From Octopus sinensis (lineage: Eukaryota), in contig NC_043016.1 of the NCBI RefSeq assembly GCF_006345805.1, positions 19,406,001 through 19,470,000 on the forward strand: a stretch of 64,000 nucleotides of DNA. Reading direction: 5' to 3'. Below are positions 38,001 to 52,089 of this stretch, in pieces. The notes under the pieces were generated by a model that was given only the letters and a program-made list of their open reading frames with translations, ran no database searches and was not told where the DNA came from. Both the position numbers and the translations under genes were made by a program. The first letter of the stretch is position 1. Each line of letters starts with the position of its first letter.

Positions 38001-40599
38001 GCCAGTTCATCTGTGTGACTGCACTGTTATGCAGAAGGCTGAGAAAGGAGGCAGGAGCCGCTATTAACAAAATCAAGGTTGCAGGTCACCACCAAGATCA
38101 GATTTGAACAACTCATTCAGCTATAGTATGCTGATGAATGTAGTTTGGTTTCTTACATTCTAGAAACCCTAATGGAATATCATGTATGCAGCTATTAGTT
38201 TATAGAAGAATGGGACTCTCTTTTACTCCTTTGTTTCAGTCATTTGACTGCAGCCATGCTGGAGCACCGCCTTTAGTTGAACAAATCAACCCCAGGATTT
38301 ATTTTTTGTAAGCCTAGTATTTATTCTATTGGTGTTTTTTGCTGAACCGCTAGGTTATGGGGACATAAACACACCAGCATCGGTTGTCAAGCAATGGTGG
38401 GTGGGGACACAGACACACAAGCATATATATATATATATACTTGGGGCTTCTTTCAGTTTCCATCTACCAAATCCACTCACAAGGCTTTGGTCAGCTCGAG
38501 GCTATAGTAGAAGACACTTACCTGGAACCATTAATGCTTTCCAATTATTAGATCATGATTCAAATTATATTTGTGAATAGGTGGTTGGGCAGTTATCTTT
38601 TAAATGATTTTCAATGCAAATATTATCAATGAACCAAATGTAGTTAATACAATTAATGCTACCAAAACAAATAACACTTTATTTAAGAACTTTCAAAGAA
38701 ATAATCCTGTTTCTCTAAAATGGAATATGTGCATCAAAGAATATAGCATATGGCACTGAATTTGGCTAAATACTTGAAATTTCTCAAAATTGAGTCACTT
38801 CTATGAAGCATTGAATATATAAATTTGATGAGGAGATGGCACTGGTTTGGTCATGTGATGTTGATGGATGCCGACAGTTTCGTAAAGAAGAGCCAATCTC
38901 TCAAAGTGGATGGAACACATGGAAGTGAGAGACCCAAGAAGACATAGGATGAAGTACTGGAGACAACCTCAGGAAGCTGAACCTTTCAGGTGAGATGACA
39001 AAGGACCGAGATACCTGGTGCATTGCTATACTCAAGAAGACCCATACCCTGCAACCTAAGTGTTAAGACTGATCTTTCTGGTTGTGTAAAGTGCTCATGG
39101 TGGTGCCATGTAAAAGTGCCCCATGAGGTACCACATAAAAGCACTTGTGTGATAAAACATAAAAGCATTCATGTGGGGCCATGTAAAAGTACCTGCAATG
39201 TGCTACATGAAAGCAGTTGTGCAGTGCCACATAAAAGCACACGTGTGGTGTAGTGTCACATAAACGCACCCATGTGGTGCCATGCAAAAGCACCCTGTAC
39301 ACTCTGCAAAGTGGTTGGCATTAGGAAGAGCATCTGGCTGTAGAAATCATGCCAACTCAGACTGGAGTCTGGTGCAGCTCTCCACCCCCAGCTTTCCAGT
39401 TCTATTCACATTGTCCCAATCCATGCCAGCATGGACAACAGATTTTAAATGATGAACAGTATCATATTATCAAGAATTTCTTATCTATATAATGATACAA
39501 TTCACTCTTTTTCCTAGATTTCCTTTGTTGAATATTCATGTTGTTTTACACAGCTGCCATGATTGAGGATTGGCAAATAGCCACCAATTTTTTTAGAGGT
39601 GTCTACAGAATGTTGAGTAGCGGTCATTAGGTGTCCACTTTCAGCAGTCATTCCTCAAAAACTCCATTTCAGCTTATGAAGTTTGACAGTTCTCAATCAA
39701 ATATCTGTTGAAAAGCTCTGTTTTCATTTACCCATCACAGCAAATCTTAGGAACATATTATGAAAATAAGTTCCACCAACTGGGGAACAGACAATTAAGA
39801 AGCTTGGCAGTATCCTTAAATGATACTTGGAGAAGTATTGAGGTTGAGGCTTTGATATAACAGGAACTAACTGCTATTTATAATTGTGGTCTGGCGGGAA
39901 AATTCAAGGTGTGGTGTTGTCAACATAGCCTTTTGTTGAGGCTCTTATGACCACTTGAAGTGCATTAAATGCTATTAACAACAGTGGAAAAAATGAGAAA
40001 ATGCGCTAGTAACTTCCTATGAGAGGGCTTGCCTTCCTACAGTGTTTTACAGGAATGGGACTTTATAGTGTTACTGTTGCCTTTAACATCACTGGTGACG
40101 TAGTAAAAGCCCATTACCGTGTGATGCTACCAGGATTTAGTGAACTCAGTTGTTTGTGCATCGCAGCCATGAGTGTTGACCGAAAGAAATAGAACATGAG
40201 AAATCTTGACAAGTTAAGAGATGGCCCTGGAAATAAAGGAAGTGAAAAACCTAGACAGGCAGCGACGGGCCTCCGTGCCGGTGGCACGTAAAAATCACAC
40301 AATCCGATCGTAGCCGTTACCAGTCTCGCCTGGCCCCCGTGCCGGTGGCATGTAAAAGGCACCATCCGACCGTGGCCGTTTGCCAGCCCCGTCTGGCAGC
40401 TGTGCCGGTGGCACGTAAAAAGCACCCACTACACTCACGGAGTGGTTGGCGTTAGGAAGGGCATCCAGCCGTAGAAACTCTGCCAGATTAAACTGGGCCT
40501 GGTGCAGCCTTCTGGCTTCCCAGACCCCAGTTGAACCATCCAACCCATGCTAGCATGGAAAGCGGATGCTAAATGATGATGATGTATAGGAAGAGCCTG

Positions 40600-40900
40600 C
40601 AATTAAAGCAGTGCAATTGGGGAACCAATGAACATGGGCTTCATGGAGAACAGCTGAGCTAAGGGAGCTACCATGAAATATATGGAAAATGGAGATGGTA
40701 GACAGGCCGCAAGTTTTCTCTCCCAGCAACTAATGGATGGTGTGTCTGGAGTAACACTGCTGATTGACATCGGAGCTGAAGCTAGCATCATTGAAGCACA
40801 TTCTGGCCATATGCAAGTCAATGCTTGCAGAGTATGCCTGGCTGCATAACCAAGCAAAGAAGGAATATCCTTGCTGATGTCATTGCAGTGACAATCAGCC
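40600..40900 (+). pseudogene. Possible Gypsy gag-protease relic
   Basis: MDGVSGVTLLIDIGAEASII resembles the retroviral aspartic protease D[T]GA motif. Confidence 0.4.
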
Positions 40901-42813
40901 GTCAAATTGTGCCCTGTTGTTTTTGATTAGGAGGGGGCGTTAGAAAGGGCATCCAGCTGTAGAAACTCTGCCAGATCAAGACTGGAGCCTGGTGCAGCCA
41001 TCTGGTTCACCAGCCCTCAGTCAAACCGTCCAACCCATGCTAGCATGGAAAGCGGACGTTAAACGATGATGATGAATGAATGAAGAAGAATAGTGTAGCA
41101 GCGTAGATAAGGTGAGCAAAGGGTCAGATTTCTGAATGTTGCTAATGACTAGAAGATGCAGGTATGTTTGAAAAGAATTGTTCATGTTTTCTTCTGTTCT
41201 AACGAACACATGACATTTGGGGTGGGGGTGTGATGGCAATGTTAAGTTTATGTCCTATGACTCCCGTAAACAACATGTCTTCTGTTTCAATGTGTGCAGA
41301 CAAATAGAATAAAAATGTCTTGTTCGGGATTTTATAAACATTGGCAACAGGAAGCATATCTAGCCATTAGAGTACTGCTTCAATACGCCTCATCCAACCT
41401 ATACCAGCTTCGAACAACTAGTTGTAAAAACTTGTACAAACACACACACATATATATATCATCATCATCATCATCATCATCATCATTTAATGTTCACTTT
41501 TCCATGCTTGCATGAGTTGAATGGAGTTTATTGAGGTAGATTTTCTACAGCTGGATGCTCCTCCTGTCACTAACCTTCATCCATTTCTAAGTAAGATAAT
41601 CATGGACAGACATGATTTTGCAGAATATGAGTGACACTGCTTCTATAACAATGACACATATTTACAACTATTGTGATGTCAAGATGAACAGACACAAACA
41701 TAGACACTGTCACACATGCACACACACCAAGATATATATATATATATATATATATATGTATAGCGTCCAATCCACACTGTAATGTGGTTGGTGTTTGGAA
41801 GGACATCCAGCTGTAAAAGTCATGCCAAAACTAACCTTGCCTATGCTAGTGTCACATAAAAAGCACTGGGTCCACTCTGTGGAGTGGTCAGTGTTAGGAA
41901 GGGCATCCAGCTGTAAAATACCTGCCAAAACAAACACGGTAGCGTAGGGTAGTTTTTTCTACCTGGCCAGCTCCCACCAACCATCCTACCCATGCATGCA
42001 TGGAAGATGGACATTAAACAATGATGATTGTGCTAGTATGGCCATGTGTTATGTATGAATGAAGAGAGCTGTGTGAGGAAGTGCCACTCCCTAACTGTAG
42101 AAGGAACTTGTGGAAGAGGTGGACCCAGAAAGACATGGGATGAGATGGTTAAGTATGACCTTCAAACATTGGGCCTCACAGAGGCAATAACAGGAGACTG
42201 GAACCTTTAGCGATATGCTGTGATTGAGAAGACCCAGTAACTAAAGTGAGATCGCAGCTATGCATGTCCGGCACTGTTAAGAATACCCCTGATGTGTCTG
42301 GCAATATGATAAGCTTGAGAAAACCTGTTGAGTCAAGTAAAACCAATATCGTAGCTGGGGCCAGTGCCCTCTGACTGGCTCCCATGCTGGTGGTACGTAA
42401 AAAGCACCATCCAAACGTGGTCAATGCCAAGCCCACCTGACTGGCTCCTGTGCTGGTGGCACATAAAAAGCACCAACCGAACATCGCCGATGCCAGTACC
42501 CCTTGACTGGCTCCTGTGCTGGTGGCATGTAAAAAGCCCCATCCAAACGCGATCGTTGCCAGGTCTGCCTGACTGGCTCTTGTGCTGGTAGCACGTAGAA
42601 AGCACCCACTACACTATCAGAGTGGTTGGTGTTAGGAAAGGCATCCAGCTGTAGAAACATTGGAGCCTGGTGCAGCCTCCTGGCTCTCCAGACCTCAGTC
42701 AAACCATCCAACCCATGCCAGCATGGAAAATGGACGCTAAACAATGATGATGATGATGATGATACATATGTGTTTATATGTGTATATAGACAGACAGACA
42801 GACAGATATGTAT

Positions 42814-42924
<111 letters not shown>

Positions 42925-44298
42925 TTATAAAGTTAGGTTGCTCATGAGTGGTACTACTAACATGTAATTCAGTAGAGCCTGTTGCATGGTCAGATCATCA
43001 GCAACTAAACTGGCTCTTCCATCCAACAGGCTTGCCTGGTAAGTAGGTTGCTAGAAACACAGCAGGACAAAAACTACCTGTCAGAAAGACAGATGAACCC
43101 AACATAAGGTCAACAGTTACCTAACCTAAGAACTAAGAGAGATAACGAAATGTGCACACTTCATTCATTATAATGCAAAGGAACTCTTTGGAGTATAGGA
43201 AATGGTCATACTCAAACGTGTACATTTCGATATATGTGCATGTGTGTGTGTGATATATATAACAAAATATAGAATTGGATTAGTTTCAAATAATATATAG
43301 GAGTGGCTGTGTGGTAAGTAGCTTGCTTATCAACCACATGGTTCCGGGTTCAGTCCCACTGCGTGGCATCTTGGGCAAGTGTCTTCTGCTATAGCCTCGG
43401 GCCGACCAATGCCTTGTGAGTGGATTTGGTAGACGGAAACTGAAAGAAGCCCGTCGTATATATGTATATATATATATGCATGTGTGTGTTTGTCCCCCTA
43501 GCATTGCTTGACAACCGATGGTGGTGTGTTTACGTCCCCCGTCACTTAGCGGTTTGGCAAAAGAGACCGATTGAATAAGTACTGGACTTACAAAGAATAA
43601 GTCCCGGAGTCGATTTGCTCGACTAAAGGCAGTGCTCCAGCATGGCCGCAGTCAAATGACTGAAACATGTAAAAGAGTAAAAGAGTAGCAAATTCTATGT
43701 ATGTCAGACTTCAGATTGTCTTGAACATACAAGTTGTGGTTAACTGAGAGATCATTTCTATGTGGCCTTCTTCAAGACTATATTTGCATACATAACTCAT
43801 TAACAGACAACAGTGATCCTTGTGCCACAACTGGTGATAACCTAAATGAACATATTAGACAAGAGCAGGTTGGGGTTACTCCAGAAGCTACAACTATAGT
43901 ATGTGGGATGAAAATGTTTCATGGCATTTGCTGTTCTGTAATTCAAATGCTGTAACAACTGCAAGACTAACTTAGAAAATTATCCATGAACCTCATCGCC
44001 TACAACTCAGGTGAATATGCCAACCAGATAGTTTTACTGTTCTATATTTTTGAGATGAAGGCGAGCTGGCAGAAACATTAGCATGCCGGGCGAAATGCGT
44101 AGCCGTATTTCGTCTGTCGTTACGTTCCGAGTTCAAATTCCGCCAAGGTAGACTTTGCCTTTCATCCTTTCGGGGTTGAGAAATTAAGTACCAGTTACGC
44201 ACTGGGGTCAATGTAATCAACTTAATCCCTTTGTCTGACCCTCTGTGTTTCGCCCCTTGTGGGTAGTAAAGAAATATATATTTTTGAGATGAAGAATT

Positions 44299-44725
44299 CT
44301 GTACATTATTTACATTGGACAGATATGTGTCCTCATTTTGTTTGTTGCTACCACAAAGTTTCAGCTGATTTACTCTCCAGCCTTCATCTGGTGTCCCTGG
44401 TAGAATTTTGAACCTAGCCCTTGATTTTCATTCCTCAGGTATTTTTTTTGCTGATATTATTATTATTATTATTATTCATTCAGTTAGAGTGCAGGCTATT
44501 AACCCCAAGATTGTGAGTTCAATTCCAGGCAGTGCTTTCAATAAATAATAATAATAATAATAATAATAATATCAGCAAAAATATACCTTAGGAATGAGAA
44601 CCCACGGTTGTGTTCAAAATTCTACCAGGACACCTGATGAAGGCTGGAGAGTAAATCAGCCGAAATGTTGTGGTAACAACAAACAAGATGAGGACACATA
44701 TCTGTCCAATGTAAATAATGTACAG
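44299..44725. repeat. ~180-bp inverted repeat with a hammerhead in each arm and a tRNA-like spacer
   Basis: Right arm CAC CTGATGA A GGCTG..CAGCC GAAAT GTT^GTG (44631-44672); left arm is a damaged antisense copy (44352-44393); spacer resembles a tRNA-Asn-like SINE head. Confidence 0.75.
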
Positions 44726-45821
44726 ATAGTTTTGATAGTCTATAAGGGGGTAAAGAAAGACAGCCAGTTGTGGGCACAAAGTCTTTCCCAGAGGATGTAC
44801 CACTCAACATAGATTAATGACCTGAGGGTAAGCACTGGATTGACTCAGAGACACAAGGCAAATGAGAGATGGTACTGAAGCTGAAATGTCTCTCAGTCAT
44901 ACACAAACTTAGAGAAATACTTAACAATGCCTATGACAAGAGTTGGGAAGAAACTGTGTCTTCGAACATAGACAACAACTGAGACTTCTGATGGATCAGT
45001 TTTCTGTAATCCACGGTTTCAGAATTGTGAATGGAGCAAGGTACCAGCCAGATTCAAGGTGACATATTGATGGAATGATAGTGTAGTTAGGCCGGGAAAG
45101 AAAGGAACATAGGTGAGCAAGCAACAACACTGAATAACTGTATGACAGGAAAATCAGGAAACAAGGAGAGAAGCTGAACATTAAGTGGTTTGCCAATGTT
45201 TTATACCATGAAAATGAAAAGTGCAAAGTGTATGGAATCAGGAACCCCAAATCTGTCTCTGTCAAACTCTCAACTTTGACCAGTTTGAAATATTTTCAAG
45301 AGAAAGTTTACGATTCTGGTTGTGGATAAAGAAGACTGTGGGAACAAATTTAGCAATTTTTGGCAAAAAAATGTACCCTTTTGCCAAGTTATAACAAAAT
45401 GTTAGTGAAATATTTAAAATGTTTACAGTTGGATAGATAGACAAATATAACAAAATAATTTGACAAAAAAAATGTGAATTTTTAATTATTTTCTGAGATT
45501 TTACAAAAACAACAAAGGTATTATTAAAAAAAAAAATATTTGCCAATGTTTTATACCATGAAAATGAAAAGTGCAAAGTGTATAGAATCATGAAACAGGT
45601 TGTCTGTGCAGATCAGGTTGTAGTTTCTGAAAAAGAGTGTATATGTAATGATCATGGTGCATTCACTCTCACTGCTTTGAGATGAAAAGGATATGAAAAT
45701 GCTACCATAAATGGTTACTGAATAAAGTAAACATATAGAAGAGAAAGGATTTACTTCTGGTAGATGCAAGAGAGGGATCAACTATCAATGTTGACAGTTG
45801 TGCAGTTGAATGGGCTGTTAA

Positions 45822-46044
45822 CCCTTTCGATACCAACCCGGCTGAAACTGCCTCTGGTTCTGTAATACAAATGTCTTTGTTTCCATAAGTTTTGAATTAA
45901 AATCTTCCACCTAATCTTAGTCGCAATTTATGTTCCTAACACAAGCTTAATAATAACTAAGTTATTTTACTAAATTCTTTGTTATATTTAAAATTAATTG
46001 ACTGAAACACAGAGCATCTCAAAATAAATCCGGTAACAAAAGGG
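45822..46044. mobile_element. piggyBac-type MITE
   Basis: TTAA|CCCTTTCGATACC ... GGTAACAAAAGGG|TTAA. Confidence 0.85.
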
Positions 46045-46049
46045 TTAAG

Positions 46050-47560
46050 TGATATTGAAAGCAAGTAAAAAAGCAGTTGGACCATGACTTACTGAGGTGT
46101 TGAAAATATCTAAAGAAGTAAGATATCTGAGACACACACACTGTCAGTCAAGTAGACAGAAAGGTGTTAACTCCAATGACTGTCGATACTTTTATTGTTA
46201 GTTGTTACAATAACAAAGATGCTCTAAAAAGAAAGAGTAACTGCAGAGGCATCATATAGATGGACAATGTTATGAAAGTGACTGAAAAAGTTATAGCACA
46301 ACCAATCAGAGGAGAGTTGTAGCTCAACTAAATAGATGAGATGCAGTTTAGGTTTGTACCAAGATATGTACTGATGTCTTCTTTGTGAGATATCTACAGG
46401 AGAAGTTCTTAGCCAAGACCAAACTACTATATTTAGCATTCATTGACATGATACCTTGTTCATTAGTCTGGTATTCTCTTAAGAAGATTGGGTGTAAACG
46501 AGTAACTTCATCAACAGAATTAGGGAGATGTACTTGCATAGCAAGTGACTTGATCTGAGATTGTGTGCTGGAACAAAAACAATTGCAGCGTGGAAGGTGT
46601 TTATAAGCCATTTAAGAAACACTCAAAAACCGTTAGATTCACTTCAACATTTAAATTTAATTTGTCAAAATATTTTCGTCGCTTTGAGACCGTGACCTGT
46701 TCACTGACAAAACTCGTTAACAATAAATTCAATGAAAATTTTAGCATGAATGTAGGTGTTCCTCAGGGTTTGCTTCTTACCTTTCGTCTGTTTATTGTAG
46801 TTTTCCTAGCCAAAACAAATGAGTTCAAGACTAGCTATCCACAGAAACTTTCATAAGATGTTGACCTAGTTCTCATTGTCAAATGAGTTGAAGAATTGAA
46901 GGAAAAGTACCAAATGTGGGCTCAGGATCTAGAATCAAGTGGTTTTAAGATATTCAACCTAGCAAAGATAAGAAAATTAAACTGGAAAGCATACAGAATT
47001 CAGCTACTACACAGGAAGGGATCATGCTTGACGTGCAAAATAGAAGTAGCTAGGAACTCTATATTATAATGTAATTAATGTAGATTGTGGGTGTGCAAAA
47101 GATGCAGGCTGTAGCAAACGTACAGAAGTTAGCTGTAAGAATTTCCATGAAGTTCAACTGTCCAAAAATCTTGCAAGAAATGGTTGAGAGTTTCTTTTAC
47201 CTAGGTAGCCTAATCAGTAATAGAAGTGGATGTCACAAAAGCATTTAAAGCTAAAGTAAGAATAAAGCGGGATAAGTACTGAGCTAGTGCCTTTGTTGAC
47301 AACAAACGGTTTCTCTTCCTGATTGAATGGCAGACTACTGGGTTGCTAGCAAAATAAGGCATTGAAAACAGAGAATGTATAAAAGTTGGAGTGAAATGAG
47401 GCGAGTAGCCTCTGCTCAATGTTAATGTTAGCATGAATGAACACTGGAATGCAAATGTGCTAGAAGATAAAAAAAAAAGAATCAGCTATTGTGTGCTAGA
47501 AAGAAGGCACCACTACTGGTATGGACATGTAGTGCATTCTGACCCTTAAGAAAGAGATAA
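46050..47560 (+). mobile_element. Heavily decayed RTE LINE
   Basis: Relic motifs MNVGVPQG..L...LFIVV and downstream FFYLGS; interrupted at ~46595-46720. Confidence 0.6.
46663..46709 (-). ncRNA. Hammerhead variant with G3:C8 core
   Basis: TGTCA GTGAACA G GTCAC ggtctcaaa GCGAC GAAA ATAT TT^TGACA. Confidence 0.6.
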
Positions 47561-49399
47561 CATGTAGTGCCCCATGTAGTGCTGGAAAAGACCATGCAAC
47601 CAATGCAAGCATGGAAGCATTTTAAAATAATGCATTTATACATAGACACATATATGTGTGTGTGTGTATATATATATATGTACTAGCACTATGACCCGGC
47701 GTATAGTGCATGCATATACAGCTGCGTGCGTGTGCACATACACACGAGTACTGTCCAAATCTCCGACCAATCACATACAGCTAGCAGACATTCAATTGAT
47801 GTATCAAGTTTCAGGCGTTTTGATTGGGTTTTGGATAGAAAATTCACAAAAAAGTCACTTCTATTACTTTTTTAATGGCGTTGCGGGGTGACTGGGGAAA
47901 TGTAAAGATGTGCACGACCACCTTTGGACGGTTTTCAATGACCATAGGAAGTGCGAGCCCTCTAACTGAAAAATTGTGGATTTGTATAAAGGACACACAC
48001 GCAGACATTTTGCCGTTTATATATATAGAGAGATGTATGTATATAGATATATTTATATACAGCCAGGCTCTCCATCAGTTATGACAATGAGTATTCAAGT
48101 TGATCTAATCATCCAAACAACCTGCTCATGAAATTAATGAGCAAGTGGCTGAGCACTCCACAGACTCGTGTACTCTCAATGTAACTAGAATGTAACTACA
48201 GAGAGATTCAGCATGACACAAAACGTGACAAGGCTGGCCCTTTGAATTACAGATGGTGCAACTCTTTTTTGCCATCTGAGTAGACTAGAGTATGATAAAT
48301 AAGTGTCTTGCTCAAGGACAACGTGCCTTCAGGAATCAAACTCATGACCTTACGATCATAAGCCAAATACTCTAGTTATTGAGCCTATACATCATCCCAA
48401 TATATATATGTTGTGTGTATACTCTTTTACTTGTTTCAATCATTTGACTGCGGCCATGCTGGAGCACCACCTTTAATCAAGCAACTCGACGCCGGGACTT
48501 ATTCTTTTTGTAAGCCCAGTACTTATTCTATCGGTCTGTTTTGCCAAACCGCTAAGTGACGGGGACATAAACACACCAGCATCGGTTGTCAAGCAATGCT
48601 AGGGGGACGAATACAGATACACAAACACACACGCACATACATATATAAATACATATGTACGACGGGCTTCTTTCAGTTTCCTTCTACCAAATCCACTCAC
48701 AAGGCTTTGGTCAGCCTGAGGCTATAGTAGAAGACACTTGCCCAAGGTGCCACGCAGTGGGACTGAACCCGGAACCATGTGGTTGGTAAGCAAGGTACTT
48801 ACCACAGAGCCACTCCTGCGCCTACTTACCACAGAGGGTGGCCCAAAAGTAGGTTTACAGTTATCACATAAGCACTTTAAATATCTTTTAAAACATTTAA
48901 ATTTCTATCTTACAAACTGAAAAGGGAGCTTGACAAAATTAACTAAATTTGCATAGAATAATGGTTTCATAATTTTTTTATAATTAAGATCTAAACTATT
49001 AATATATGAATGCGAAAGAGGTAGTTGAATAACTGTAAAACTACTTTAGTGTATCATACATCCCTTGTGCATGCCCTCTTGTTTGTTAATTTTATTGTTC
49101 ATTATTTAATTTGACTATATATATGTGTGTGTGTACATATATATATATTTATATGTATGTATATGCACAAACACATATATATATATATATATATATTATA
49201 ATATATACATACATGCATATATGGGTACAGGACATCCCAAAAAACGTTAAGCAAAATGAGAAACGAAAACATAAGAACAAAAACATAGAAACAAACTTTT
49301 TTTTTCAAACAATGAAAAACACAAACAGAGAAATAAGACATACAACATAAAGAATATTCCCCTTCTTCAGTTGTCCCTGCTTCATCTACTCCATGTTTC

Positions 49400-49452
49400 G
49401 AAGGTAATGTATATATATATATATATATACACACACACATACATACATATAC

Positions 49453-49510
<58 letters not shown>

Positions 49511-49722
49511 CATTATGTATATATATATATATATATACACATTATGTGTGTGTGTGTATATATATTTATATATGTGTGTGCATGTATATATAAGTATGTA
49601 TATATATATATGTATACATACTTATATATACACACACACACACATATATAAATATATATATACACATACATACATATATACATACATATATATATGTATC
49701 ATATATTATCTTACCGTTTTTA

Positions 49723-49761
<39 letters not shown>

Positions 49762-49822
49762 TATGTATATACTATATATATATATATATAATATATATAT
49801 ATATATATAGTATATGTATATA

Positions 49823-49865
<43 letters not shown>

Positions 49866-50012
49866 ATATATATATACATATATATATGTATATACACATA
49901 CTATATATATATATACATACATATATATATATGTATATATATATATACATATATATATATATGTATATACACATACTATATATATATACATACATATATA
50001 TATATGTGTATA

Positions 50013-50050
<38 letters not shown>

Positions 50051-50095
50051 TATATATGTGTGGTATATACACATACTATATATATGTATGTATTT
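49400..50095. repeat. Long (TA)/(TACA) microsatellite
   Basis: Direct reading. Confidence 0.95.
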
Positions 50096-50159
50096 TTTTC
50101 TTTTTAGTTTCAGCTCAGAGCTGTGGCTATGCTGGAGCACTGCCATTTTACTACACTGT

Positions 50160-51850
50160 TATTACTGAGAGCCTGCTCTAATATATGGCACTTAGTGAAG
50201 AATGAAGTTTGATGCATCTACCCTCATTTGCATCTCTTGCTGCGAGGTAGGTTCACCTGGAACTCTCAACAGGAAGAGGGCCAGCCTTGATTTAAAAGCG
50301 CCTACATCTACTTTGTAGTGGTTCTTCAGGCTCTTTGGTCGAATATTAAAAAGCTGTGGGCCCTTGAAGCCCAGGCTGTTGCAGTAACTGGTCCTTAAGC
50401 ATGATGGCATTGCTGGGATCTTTGGCACTGTGCAGTGTCTACACATACTGGCATTGGTGAGCTTTCAATGCCAAAATTCAGCACAATTCCTTCCAGGACT
50501 TCCAGATGTATATTACAGCATACCCCTCCTACCTTCACTCCAGAGAGTAGAGTCTTAGCTGTTTCAGCCTTTCCCAGTAGCTGAGTAGTTGCAAAGAGAT
50601 GATCTTCTTTGTGAAGCTTCGCTGGATTGCTTCAAGGTCCGCTGCAAATTTTACACTGTTGGGTGACCATAGTTGGGAGCAGTAATCCAGGTGGCTGAGG
50701 ACGAATGTCCTCCAGAGACAATCATGGTTTCCTTATCTCTGGTTCTGAATGTTCTCTGCACTTTGATGCCATCTTGGTAATGTGCACTTGGAAAGAGGTA
50801 TCGTCACTCATGTGATACCCAGGTCCCTCATTGATTTAGGTTCTGGAATTGTAATTCCCTGTGGACCAGTGTACCCTGTAAATTTCATATTCAGTTTTGG
50901 GTGCTGGTAGTGCAGGGCTTGGAATTTTTCAGCATTAAATTGCATATTATTATCCTCAGACCATCTGTAAATTAAATCCAACTCCTGCTGCCGATGCACA
51001 ACATCACTGGGGTTCTGTATTTTCTGCAAGACTTTTGTATCGCCTGCGTAGCTAGCAAGGGTGGGTATCCAGGCAGTTGAGGATATATCTGAGAGGGCCA
51101 CTATGAAAAGCAGTGGTCCCAAGACAGTGCCCTCTGGAACACCACTTAGTATTTGTTTTAATTGAGGTGGCTCTTTTGGCCACTACTACCTGACTTCTAT
51201 CTTTCAGAAAGTCATGTAGCCACTCTCCAAGTTTTCCAGCTATGCTGGGATCATGCAGTTTGTGGCATATCCTATTCTGATCCACTTTATCAAAAGGTTT
51301 TGCAAAATCAAGGTATATTATATCCACATTTGAGTTGTTGAGTAACTGCATCAACACCCAGTCATAATGTAAGAGCTGTGTCAGGCAGCTCCTACCTGGT
51401 CAAAAGCCATGCTGGGTATCACTCAGCAAGTTATTTTCTTCAAGGAATGCAATTAGTTTCCCGCTGACTATTCCATTCCATGACTTTGCTGATGTGTGAA
51501 GTCAGAGAGATAGGCCTATAGTTTTTGGCATCTGCTCTGCTTCCTTCTATATGGATTGGGCATATTATTCCTCCCTCAGTTTGCTTGGCGTCCTGCCATT
51601 TCACAGAAAGCTCTGGTAGAGAATTTGGAGGAGTTTTGCCAGAGCACGCTTACACGATTTGAGGATTGCTGGGAAACCATCAGGACCAGCGGTTCAGTTT
51701 CCATCCACCTCATCTATGGCTAATATCAATGCATTCTATCATAACTGCCTCGCTGGTTATAGGGGAGGCAGCAAAGAAGTCCACTGGTTTGTTGTTTGTT
51801 CACTTATCTGTGTTCCAACAGAGTGGTGAAGACACTGTGTGTGTGTGTGT
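50160..51850 (-). mobile_element. CR1-type LINE RT fragment
   Basis: DIIYLDFAKPFDKVD...GKLGEWLHDFL...LGPLLFIVAL...YAGDTK...RWSEDNNMQFNAEKF. Confidence 0.9.
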
Positions 51851-52089
51851 GTGTCATCGGCCACATCAACAATATTGGTTTGTTTACACTTGCCTCAATA
51901 GGTCTTCGCAAACAAAGTTCATTGTCCAATGAATATATACATGTATGTATGTATACTATATATGGCTAATGTCGATGCATTCCATCGTAACTGCCTCACT
52001 GGTTATAGGGGAGGTGGCAAAGAAATCCACCGGTTTGTTCAATTATCTGTGTTCCAACAGGGTGGTAAAGACACTGTATATATATATAT

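Noticed and set aside
51945-52089. N-terminus of the 312-aa ORF as part of the RTE protein
   Set aside because: It is a duplicated antisense CR1 fragment plus (TA)n fused by chance to the truncated RTE frame.
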